Source of the DNA: Vicugna vicugna
Taxonomy: Eukaryota
Direction of reading: 5' to 3'
Assembly: GCA_013265495.1 (NCBI GenBank)
Contig: MU058844.1
Span: forward strand, 7,129,260 to 7,193,259
DNA: 64,000 bases
The notes beneath the pieces were generated by a model. The model was not told the origin of the DNA. It did not search any database and was given only the letters and a program-made list of their open reading frames with translations. The position numbers and the translations under genes are program-made. Shown piece after piece: positions 53,143 through 64,000 of this stretch (within the stretch, counting starts at the first letter, position 1; every line of letters starts with the position of its first letter).

Positions 53143-54480
53143 TTGCCATTTAATTTATCTCTCTACTTCTCTTGACACTCTTTGGCTTTTTGCTTGTATA
53201 ACATCCAAATAGATTCAATTAAAAATGTAAGTCAGATCATATCCTATGCTTTAATACTAAGTGAGTGCTCACTACACTTGTATCAAAAAAATCATCAGAC
53301 TGCCATTTCCAAAGGCTCGTTTCTTTGCAAGAATAATATCTATAAACCCACTTCTGAAAACTGTGGAAGCCTAATGATTCAGTTGCAGAGAAGAGAAAGT
53401 ATTCTTGTAGGAATGACTATAACCAGGTTCTAGGTGGCTTAACAAATCATTTGGAGACCTGGAATGGTAGGTTCTAAGCCACGCTTTCTGCAATAGTTCT
53501 GAGCCTCTGGGGTCATGTTGTTACAACCATGCTTGAGCAAACTATCACTAAGGCCTCAGGAAACTGCCACTTCAGGAAGCTTGCAGTTTGTATCAATAAA
53601 TGGATACCTTGCACCAAGCTTCTCTTTTCTACTTAATTCAGTTTTGAATTTAAAATGCAGTTGTATATGAGTTTGTATAATCTCAATCATTCAGAAACTA
53701 CTGAGCTGCAGAGGAGTTTAGAAATCAATAGATTTAAATTTTTATATGTTGTTGCTTTTTGAGGTTTGTTGTTTTATTCTTTTTTTTTTTTTTAGCTTTA
53801 GGTCAGAAGTTTCACTATAAAGAGAATAGAATGGGTGATAGATAAGCAAACCAATCTCCAGATCACACCTCCTTCAAATGGTAGCATTGGATTTGTGCAT
53901 TGCAGCAGCTCTGTTCCATTAAAAAAATAATGATTTCTGCAATCAAAAAATGTATCTCTATACAAGGAGTAGACCTTTAGGTTTCTCCATATTTAAAAAT
54001 AATAATAGAATTAAAAATATTCAAGATTCATATTTTCTTTGAACATCATATTTTAATGTGATTTAAATATTTTAATTAAATGAATCAAACATTTAAATTA
54101 TATTATTTTATTATGACTACATATAGAATATAAGGATATTTACAAGATACAATGCTGATCTTGTTAGACGTAACTTCTCTGTCTAAAACATTGATTTGAG
54201 TTTCCAAACTTTTTAGCTTCTAAGAGTGATACAAAAACTAAGATTGATTAATTATATTTCAGTATTTTATATATTATACATTATGAATACATATAATAAT
54301 ATGTTTAATATTATGTATAATTATATGTATTATATACTGACTATAAATACAGAGTATTTGAGGCTACTTCAAAAAACTCCTCAGAGAAATTTGTACACTA
54401 GGTATTGCTGTACCAGCCAGTCAGTAACAGAAATGATAAAATCAAATTATATAATTTTAGTGCTTACTCTAAGAGAAAAA

Positions 54481-54930
54481 CAAAGCACTTTGAAAAATTG
54501 TGACAATGCTAGAGAAATAAATAACCCTCCCAGACTTCAGACAATACTACAGAGCTACAGTAATCAAAACAGTGTGATACTGGTACAAAGCAGACACATG
54601 GATCAATGGAACAGAATAGACAGCCCAGAAATAAACCTACAGATTTATGGCCAATTATTCTTTGACAAAGGAGGCAAAAATATACAATGGCGAAAAACCA
54701 ATCACTTCAGCAAATGGTGTTGGGAAAACTGGGCAGCCACATGTAAATCATTGGGGTTAGAACACTCCCTCACAATATACACAAAAATAAACTCAAGATG
54801 GCTTAAAGACTTAAGTACAGGACAAGGCACTATAAACCTCCTAGAAGAAAACATAGGCAAAACATTTTCTGACATAAATCTTAGTAATATTCTCCTAGGG
54901 TAGTCTTCCCAGGTGATAGGAATAAAAGTT
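54481..54930 (+). mobile_element. Relatively young LINE-1 ORF2 internal fragment (post-RT region), truncated at both ends
   Basis: ORF 54226..54903 ends in [14 protein letters not shown]...DKGGKNIQW...FSKWCWENW...[12 protein letters not shown]...LLEENIGKT, which is L1 ORF2p. The upstream [10 protein letters not shown] lies in another frame, so there is a frameshift, and an in-frame stop is present. Confidence 0.93.
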
Positions 54931-55410
54931 AAATATTAAAAACAATAATGACAAAAATTATGAATAATATTCTAGCCAATGTCCAAAAATTTCAACTATA
55001 TGGATTTTGATACTTTGGTCTATAATAGCTCTTGGGGTTCTCTGGACAGCAGTGATTCCTTCAAGATTGAAACATCTACTTAGGGAGTATTAACTTTACA
55101 TTCTGTTTTGAATTTGAAAATAGCCAGAGACAGATTTTCACAGCATGCTAAATTATCATTATATAAATCAAGTTAGGCAATTGCTGAATTGCCTGAGCAA
55201 AGTGAGATTTAAAAAAAAAAGTCAATATTTTCTGTTAGCATTGAAAACTACTCAGTTACTTTGGTTAATGCTCCATCTGTCTGCACAAACAAGACTTTCT
55301 CATCAGGAGGAAGATTCTGTTTGTTTTTAAAAAGTATATAGGAAGGATGTTCTCATAAGTTGGTAGAGTTCTTTTCTGAGTGTGAATAAGTTATGCAAAA
55401 AAGTTTCTAT

Positions 55411-55468
55411 AAGTATGCTTAGGAATTATCAGAAAGTACAAGTATGCTTAGAAATTATCAGAAAGTAT
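55411..55468. repeat. Tandem duplication, 29 bp x2
   Basis: aagtatgcttag(g/a)aattatcagaaagta(c/t) at 55411-55439 and 55440-55468. Confidence 0.93.
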
Positions 55469-56804
55469 ATTATGCTATTGTTAATCACCATAGATATAAT
55501 TATTGGATAACAGTAACCCCTTAGACTTAATGGCTGCAAATAGATATTGGCAAGACCTCTTTAATTTTCAAAAGCAAATTGGTTTATGATATGCACGCTT
55601 ATCTGCAATGAGTAGTAAATCTTTAAGGCTCAGTGAGGAATTGCTCAACTATTACAAACCTGTATATATTTATTCACCTATTTGTCATTCAGTTTAGGGG
55701 TTGTAACATCAAAAGTGTTTAATAAATATGTATCATAAAACTCAGCAGGAGATATTTATACAAATGCATCAACAAAAGCTTAGTTATTTGCAAAACTGTG
55801 TCAAAAAAGTTTGTGTGTGTGTGTGTGCCTATGTGTGTATATGTAGGTGGGAACTGAAAATGCCAGTGGATGCTTCTAAAGATTGATAAGGTCCTTCCCT
55901 CAAGAGATACATTGCTTATTGGGAAAGTGAAAAAATATCACAATTCCTCAATCCTAAGGTATATATTTTTCACATTGTAAGATCTCTAAAATTAGACTAA
56001 GTCTTATAGTTTAGTAGTGTATTACACTTTTTGTCAAGTTGTTATTGTCATGTAGTTGTCATTGTTTTTACATGTATGGAACACTGTTGTATGATCAAAA
56101 AAAAAACAACCAACATCAAAAATTATAGAATGGGATGGTGTGACTTAAAGGGAAATCCCAGAGGCAGTACTGAGGCCCTCTTGTAAGAAATAAATTATGA
56201 GTGGTCTTGATGGTAAAGAATGATAGTATATAACAAATATTACAATCCTAAGTTGAAGAGTAACTTAGCAAAAGTTGAAGTCAGAATTTGGAATAGTTCA
56301 AGAAATACTTTACCCTCTTTATTTCACTTATATTTTCCTTCTTACATCTGCACAAAAGTATCATGTAGTAAATTATTTTTAAATAAATCTAAAAGACTTA
56401 TTTCTACTGGTATAATATAATTTTATCTAGAATGATATATCAACATTAATTATATTAACAGTGCGTTTTGGTTTCCTACAGGATTGAAATTTTGGTACAT
56501 TGTACACCCATTGATGCCTTAGATTTGATGAAATATGGCAATGGTGATAGTATATGAAAACTATCAAAATAGAGGGGAAAAAAAGCTATGGAATATGGAA
56601 TGAGATAATGAATTAACATGGTCTGTAGAAGTCAGGGGAATATTTGACAAAGAATTGAAAATGAAACTGAACCTTGAAGGATACACAAAGTTTTACCAGG
56701 GGTAGAAATGTAAAAAAAAGTTTTCCACACAACAGGTAGAGAGGCATGATAGCGTGTGGTATTAAAAAAAAAAAAAAGCCATAAATGCAGCTGAAGCATT
56801 TTGC

Positions 56805-57010
56805 AGAGTATATCCCCTTTAAGTATTATTCCAGAGGAATGATCAACAATGAGAGTCATCTGTGGTCAAATAATCTTAAGAAAAACCTGTATATTGTATC
56901 TTCTCCTCCTTAGAAATTTCACAAACATTCACTGAGTATTAGGGATTTGGCTTAACTTTTTTTTTTTAACTAAATACATTTTAATCCAGAAAATACTCTT
57001 GGGAAAGGCC
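56805..57010. mobile_element. MER103C-like hAT-Charlie fragment within L2-like sequence
   Basis: tctgtggtcaaataatcttaagaaaaacctgtatattgtatcttctcctccttagaaatttcacaa resembles the MER103C consensus as recalled. Confidence 0.5.
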
Positions 57011-59761
57011 AAGGTAGAGAATGAATTAAAAGGCAAGGACTACACAGAGATGGGGATGGTTATATAAAATAGACCCTTAGGCCTTCTGCATATTGAGCAA
57101 GAATCTTCATAGTGTTTTGAGCTTTATTTTTGGAGGCATTAATAATCACTAGGAAATGGACAAAGAGTCCTTATTTGACAAAAATTTTTTGGAAAAAAAA
57201 CAAAAACTTTAATTAGTAAATAAATAAATGCATTGATAGATAAAATTAATTATATTTAATAAAGTTAGATGTTAGTTTCCCAAGAAGAAAGCATAAGTAT
57301 TGTGCTCTTTTTTGCCCCTACCTGATAGGCTTTCACTGTGAATGGTAATAACATAGACTTGCCAAATGTAGTTCTCAAATAACTTAAAGAAGTGTCTGTA
57401 TTGGATATCTCATTGATTTTCCATGAGGTATTTTTTAGCTAACTTTAAAAAAATATTTATAAAACTATTGAAATATAGATAAACAGACTGATGAAGATTT
57501 AAATTATTGAAGAATAATTCTCATGATAAAACCACACGTTTCAAGGAATATTAAAATGAAATTTGTTTATGTAAGGTAACACGGTTGGTACGATTGCATG
57601 GTAAATTTCATTTGACCATAAATATATATTTACACATAAAATTTTAAAGTTATTTAAGCTTGCAACCTATTTCTCCAAAAAGAGGATAATCATCCTTACT
57701 AAAACATACAGTAATATTGTTCATATCTTATTTTCCTGAATGTGATTTAGCAATATAGTACTATAGAATAGATCTCCAGTTGAGGTTCAATGTATGTTTA
57801 GTATTAATCATTAATCATTTGAAAGCTTTTCATCGAAGTTTGTTAACTAGCTCAAAATAGGAAGAACACATTCTACCACACTCTTATAATAAATCACTTT
57901 CTTCAGTCTTACTGATGAGGACTGAACCTTGAATGTGTTAACATCATGTTCAGCAAGATTATTTATTGTTTTGATGTGGCCAGACGTATTAGGCATGTCT
58001 TTGCATATCATTAACTAGGAAATTATGTGGGATAGTGCTATTAAGGCCACAGAAGAAGAAAAATGCCCTCCACAATGGAAGAAAGTGTCATGAACACTGT
58101 CAGATACACTGAACACTAGCAAGTGCTCAACATACTGCGTTAAGCTAAGAAATATAATTGGTAGTTAATGCACTTTTGAATTCTCAGTGCTTTTCCACAT
58201 CATGTGTACCTCCTTGAACTTTTTTATTCTAATTTTTTCCCTAGAAATAAAATGAAAGTACAGTAGATATAGAAGGAATAGTACAGCTGGATGTCCTGGT
58301 TACCTGGTTGACACACTTTTTTTTTTTAAAGTAATAGTAAGAACAGCAGCAGCGACATCTGGGTCCTTGGCTGGCTGCACTATGAGAATTGACTGCCCAG
58401 ATAGGGCTTACTTACATTGGCATCCCTGACTTGCCCAAAGATCAGACAGCTGGGGGGCTATCCAGGAGAACTTGCCCAGATGGATTCCATACTCCTTTGA
58501 TAGCCCTGTCATTGTCAAGAATTTGTTCACGTTTATGTGTCTAAGAGTAAAATCTTGTTCAAGTTTCTGATGATTTCTTCCACATGTTAAGATCCTTTTT
58601 ACAATATAGAACAAAGGCCAGAAGCATTCAAGTGGAGGCAAAAGGGAGGTTTCAAAAGATCCGTTGGCTGGCTCACATTTGATGATTTATTAAACTACAG
58701 ATTTCACCATGTGATAGAGAATTCAGTTTTCAATGTGCTAGATGAAATTCAAATTCTACCAAAATGAAAGAACCCTTCTGAGATGACAGATTTACAGCAA
58801 AGCTGAAAAGATTAACAACTTTAACCTAAAGAAATTTTTATATGCAAGTAATGCAAAGAAGGAAACAAGCTGATTTCGTAATTTGACACCAGTGAATGAG
58901 CAGAACATTTATGTAGTAAGAATATAACTTTTTCCTAGATGTCTAGACCTAATTTGCAGAGGTTAACCACAAATTAAGTTTGATAGTATATCAGGGCTAG
59001 ATGAGATTCTTAAAAAAATGTTAACTTTCTGATGTTTAATTCCTCTGCAGATGCCTGTTTTTGTCAGGCTATGCTTTGATACTAACATTGACAGCGGTTC
59101 ACTCTTTTCTGAGGCAGACAGTTGGAAAGTGCATCCTTGTATTTCAGGGAAGTCATTAGCCCTCTACTTTATGAGATCTGATTATATCTCTGAGGACCAT
59201 TGTATCTGATTCCACCCATGTTAGTCTGCTTTACAAATATCTGAAAGCAACCATTATATTCTACCACTCCTCCCATCTTGAGTCACTTTATCTTCAGGCT
59301 AACAAACTCAGCTTCCAACATTTTTTTTTAATACATGTATTTCAGAATTATTTATTTTCCTTGTATACATTTTAATTTAAATAGGCCTCTCTCAAAGTGT
59401 GATTTTCATAACTAAATAAGATTAAATGTGATCTCATCATTATGGAAAATAACTCATTCCATAAGGACAAACTGAGATTTCATTAGACAATGCAAATGTT
59501 GCGCATTGTAGATTCAATGAGACAGAAACTCCACAGGACATCTCAGAGATGTTCAAATCCAGATGGTCACTATTTACACTTCCTGGCTAGGCAATACGGG
59601 TTCTCCTTTCTACCTTCCTGAGGAGTGACAGAATTCTTTAGACTTATCATTACCCGTTTTGGTTAACATAGGAAACCCTTGTACCCATTTTTTACCCTCA
59701 TAAACCTCAAAAAAATTAAAATATCATCATTATTTGATATTACATGAGTGGTCCTAGGTAA

Positions 59762-59806
59762 AATAATAATAATAATAATAGTAATAGTAATAATAATAAT
59801 AATAAT
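59762..59806. repeat. (AAT)n trinucleotide repeat, interrupted by AGT units
   Basis: aataataataataataatagtaatagtaataataataataataat. Confidence 0.92.
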
Positions 59807-59859
59807 TACACACATATTAGAAATGAGGATTATTTTTCTTCATTTGCAGATAATATTCT

Positions 59860-60910
59860 TATTTCCAATAGATAAACTAGCAAAAATTTTGATTACTTAT
59901 TAAATACTGCCTGAGCCCCCAGCCTCATGGATATACACTCATATAAAAAATAGTATTTTCAATTACCTAGGAATAAGCCAAAAAAGGCAAGATATTTATA
60001 GGTATAATTTTAATGACTATTTTAAAATAAGACAATTACATGTGAAGATGTATTCATGAATAGGAATGCTCAATATTAAAAAGATGTCAATTCTCTATAA
60101 ATTAATCTATAAATTCAAAACAATGAAACCAAAACCCTCAAAGTTTTTTTTATTAAACTTGAAAAACCCTTCATGAAATTCTTATGGAAATTCAAAAGCC
60201 AAAAATAGACCTTAGAATATAACATAAACCTAAGGGGAGAAGATAAGACATATAAAGGTTTAAGACACAAAATAAATCTATAAAATTCAAGAATTTGGGT
60301 GTTGGACCAGGGACAGGCAAGTAGATTATTCAAAAACAGAATTTAAATACTTTGGGAAATATATATATATATGACATAGGTATCATAATTAAATGAGGCA
60401 AGGAAAGTCATATATCCTAAGACCCGAAAAGCCCCTGGTACCAGAATATCTTGAGAAACTTTCCTATACTTATGTAATGAGATAAGTACAATGTTACTCA
60501 TTTCAACATTATTTTCAATAGAAAATAAAGCAAATGAAATAGATTTCAAGATTGTAAAGCGTAAATAAATTATGAACTTTTCATACAGTGGATCATCAAA
60601 CAGCAGCAAAGTGAATGCACTTGCACTTGAATTACATTTACCAAAATGGATAAATTGTAAAGACAGGTTTTGTGTGAAAAAAAGTTGCAAACATATATTA
60701 TGACAGCAAGTTTTATTGATTATATACACCAAACAGTGTTTTGTCACTGTACATGTATACATGTAATTGTGTCATATATAGGCATGTATATAAGCACTAA
60801 ATGATAAAAACATAGATGCCCTAGTCATTATCTTTGAAGAAAAATGTGTGATTTTGTGTAGAAATTACAAACATAACTTCAACTATATCTATAAAGCTTT
60901 ATTTAAAAGA
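59860..60910 (+). mobile_element. Decayed L1ME ORF2 plus 3' region
   Basis: ttcatgaataggaatgctcaatattaaaaagatgtcaattctctataaattaatctataaattcaa...tgaaattcttatggaaattcaaaagccaaaaatag is sense L1 ORF2. Confidence 0.75.
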
Positions 60911-62799
60911 TCTCCAAATTTATTCTCTTTGGTATATTTTTCATTGGACTGGAATTGATGGAAATCACCCATGTGTTACATAATACACTAATAGCTCTTT
61001 TATGAAGAAAGACTCACTCTCTAGTCCCATCAAATGCTCAGTAAATTCTTTGTCTTTCTTATATTGCTTGGTGGAGGATAAAAGACAAATGCTAGTAGAA
61101 CCACTTTTATAATCTCTTTGCATAGCCTGCACAGGTGGTTTGGCAACTTGATTTAGAATGTGGGAGTATTTGGATCTATATTTTAGTCTTCATCTCTCTA
61201 GCCTGAACCACTTCTGAGATAGGAAGAATCACATTTTGACATGTTTCACTAATTGTTTCTCTCCTTATATATTTCCCAGCTCAGATAAGTTTAGATCCCT
61301 TGCATAATTATCTTTTGAAATTATAATTCAACACGTGATCTTATTTTGCTTCAAAAATCATTACTTTTTACCATTGCTGTCCAAATAGATATTCTTCCAT
61401 GTGCATTCAAAATCTTTTGTGATGTTTAATTAAACTCTGTTTTTGACTTTCCTTCCATTCTTATTCCCACAATGAAAGAAAACAAAATTGACTTCTCTAT
61501 CTAGAGTTGCTTTTCTTCCATAGTGGAATGAATGTTGATAGGAGAGGGCCCATAATTATCAGCTTCTTATGTACCTAGACTTCTCTCATTTTGCACATCT
61601 AATCATTGAAATTTTAGAGAGCTTTTGTTCTTTTTTTCAAATTCCAATCCCTCTTTAAAGCTTTGTCTTTCTTGTCTAAGGGAAGCAATTTATTTAGAAA
61701 AAAAATCAGTGTCAACTATGTGCTAGGTGTTCTCCTAACCACTGAGATAAAGAAATGAATTTTAAAATCACAAAAAAGAACAATGAGCAAAATAGGAAAA
61801 TCTCATTTCTTCCTGTTTTTATATTCTATGGAATATAATGTATCACTTCAATTTCTCCTACCACCAGCATCCTCCCTACCCTACATCCAACTTTACTCAA
61901 GTTATTGCTAATTTTGTTAAAATATCTATATCTTTGTTGCTATGTTAACTTCTTGATAGCCCTGATTCAATTATCTCTATTTCATTTGCAACACACAACA
62001 CAAGCAGTGAACATAACAGGGGCTCAACATATATCTTGACTTGACTTTATTCATTCAGTAACACATTTTTGGTGTCATACAGTATGACATCTGATTCTGG
62101 AGTAAAAACTGGATCTGAGCAAATGTAAAATGAATAATGACTTGAGAGAAGCAGATGTTATACATGAATTAAAGATCCTTTGTTGAAGTTTGATATATCA
62201 TATTAGTTCCTAATGTGGCAATAAAGAAGGGGTCTGCATAAGCAAAAATGACTATATGGTCCAGGATTCTGAATGGTTAAAGGAATGTGTTGTCAGGCTG
62301 TTATCACAATAGCAGGGAATTGACAAGTGGAAAATGTGAAACAGCTGTTGCTATATTCTAGGAAGTTTTAAATAATCCTAAGCAGTAATTAAAAAAAAAG
62401 ATTATTTAAAGATTTAGGGAGGGAATCAGGTTTTAATTACAGCAAAGAGTAGGAATAGATAAAGCATGTAGAAAATCATAACTGCAGTGTGTTAGTGAAA
62501 GAAGGTAGAGAAAAGTGATTATGAATACAAATGATATTTAAAGTATATAAAGTACAAAATATGGTTACCTTATCTTATCCTATCTTTACAGTAATGTTTT
62601 GAAATACGAGCATGATTACTGCTTGCACTGAATTCTTCATACCTTCAACCTAGTTCCCATTGCTTTGTGTTAAAGCTGTCTTTGATATTGGTAGGTGTTG
62701 TTAGTGTTAGATACGAAATGTTCCTCTGGGATCACATAGAAATTTTATTTCTACCTATTTTCTAGTTTCTTTGGGGTTATTATTGATCCTCCCATCAAT

Positions 62800-63765
62800 A
62801 AAGAATTATGGAAGGGAATGATATGATCATTTTAGTAGATGGAACATTCTGAAATCAATTTGGAGAATGGAGAAGTGTGGAGAAAAGACAAATATAGGAA
62901 AAGATAGAACAATTAGAAGGTGTGGGATTAGTCTAATGAGAGGGTTAAGTAAGACATAAAGTCATGTGAAATAAGAAATGTCAAAGGAGATAAGGAAGAT
63001 GGTGAACACTTCCATCATTGTTTGGATGCAGGGATAAAAGAGGAAATATTGACGATTGAAAACTAGATTTCTAGCTTTAGGCACTGGCTATTATACAATG
63101 TCCTTCTCTGTGAACCAGAAAAGGGAGATTTTTTTTTTTTTGGTAAATGGGAGATAAATTGATTTGAGAACACATTGAGTGAAGCGTTTGTTCTAGGATA
63201 TATAAATCAATTTCTGTTTACAGAATTAAATAAGTAAATATGATTTAGAACAGAACTCTGAAAAGATTAAATAATAGACATTTCTGAGCATATAGGTGAT
63301 GAGTGAAGTAATGGAAATGGATGTTTTCACTAAGTAGAGTGTGCCATTAGGAGACATGATTGTGGATTGTGAACACTGGTGGATACCAACAGATAAGAAT
63401 TGAGCTTAGGAGGAAGGCCAAGAAAGAGAAGAAGAAAGTTGCCATATATGTAAGGGGAAATGTGGGAATGTGTTTTATTGCAGATTTTAAGGCCAAAAAC
63501 AGCATGGGCAGAAGAGAGGTTGATCAAATCAAAGAGAAACCAAGGAAAATGACAACTGAAAGTCAACTTTCCTACAAAGTGACCATTCACAACTTTAACC
63601 AGACTTGTTTCAGTAAAGACTTGAATGTAGGACCCAGGTTACAAGCGTTTGAGGCATTAATAAAGAAAAGTTGGACACAAAAGACAATGGAAATGAAAGA
63701 GACATTTGGTCTTTTGGTTGTGAATGAAAGAGACAGTACAAGGCATGGGGAGACAGTGAGATAGG
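62800..63765 (-). mobile_element. L2 internal fragment
   Basis: ggaatgatatgatca...ttggagaatgga...ttggatgcagggataaaagagga...agatttctagcttt...gaacacattgagt...gcatataggtgatgagtgaagtaatggaaatggatg is antisense L2. Confidence 0.65.
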
Positions 63766-64000
63766 AATTATTGTGGAAGGAATATTTCCATTTTTACCAG
63801 AGAGAAAGATGCAGATATTGAGTCAGTTTAATCTACTTTGAACACCTCTTGTAACCAAAGGAAAATAAGAATGTTTTTGATAATGATAACTTAATTCTTG
63901 TCAAACCAGAACCAATTTAGATCTTAAGGGTTACCTTTAGTGAAAGACAAGGAAAAAAAGAAAAGGAAAAAAATAAGCTTAAATGTTCAGATGGTTAAAA

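Noticed and set aside
54226..54903. Longest ORF (225 aa) as a protein-coding gene
   Set aside because: The C-terminal part is frameshifted L1 ORF2, and the N-terminal part is low-complexity AT-rich sequence open by chance.
63360..63764. 134-aa Lys/Glu-rich ORF
   Set aside because: It is the purine-rich antisense strand of L2, which produces this composition by chance.
1..64000. A novel multi-gene biological system
   Set aside because: I saw no intact genes, foreign-composition insert, NUMT, endogenous viral coding sequence or processed pseudogene. Subtle conserved non-coding elements cannot be excluded without alignments.

Overview
This is very AT-rich, CpG-depleted mammalian genomic DNA from a gene desert or deep intron. 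It is most likely camelid (camel or alpaca), inferred from a tRNA-Ala-derived Vic-1-like SINE at 27201-27322 and cetartiodactyl/camelid-type L1 3' ends. I recognise no protein-coding gene, structural RNA gene or CRISPR array. The ORF track is chance ORFs plus decayed LINE-1 ORF2 remnants. The window is a mosaic of transposon fossils: old L1M fragments, a few younger L1 pieces, L2, MIR, MaLR/ERVL LTRs, a complete ERV1-type solo LTR with a 4-bp TSD, and hAT non-autonomous elements. It also holds microsatellites, several short tandem duplications and one 117-N assembly gap. Subfamily names come from my recall of consensus sequences, not from a database search, and the boundaries of old elements are approximate. 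I found no convincing novel biological system. The items most worth checking are a SINE whose A-tail is replaced by a G-rich tail, a 3'-truncated L1 ending at an internal AATAAA, the intact solo LTR, and a candidate minus-strand exon at 58416-58540.
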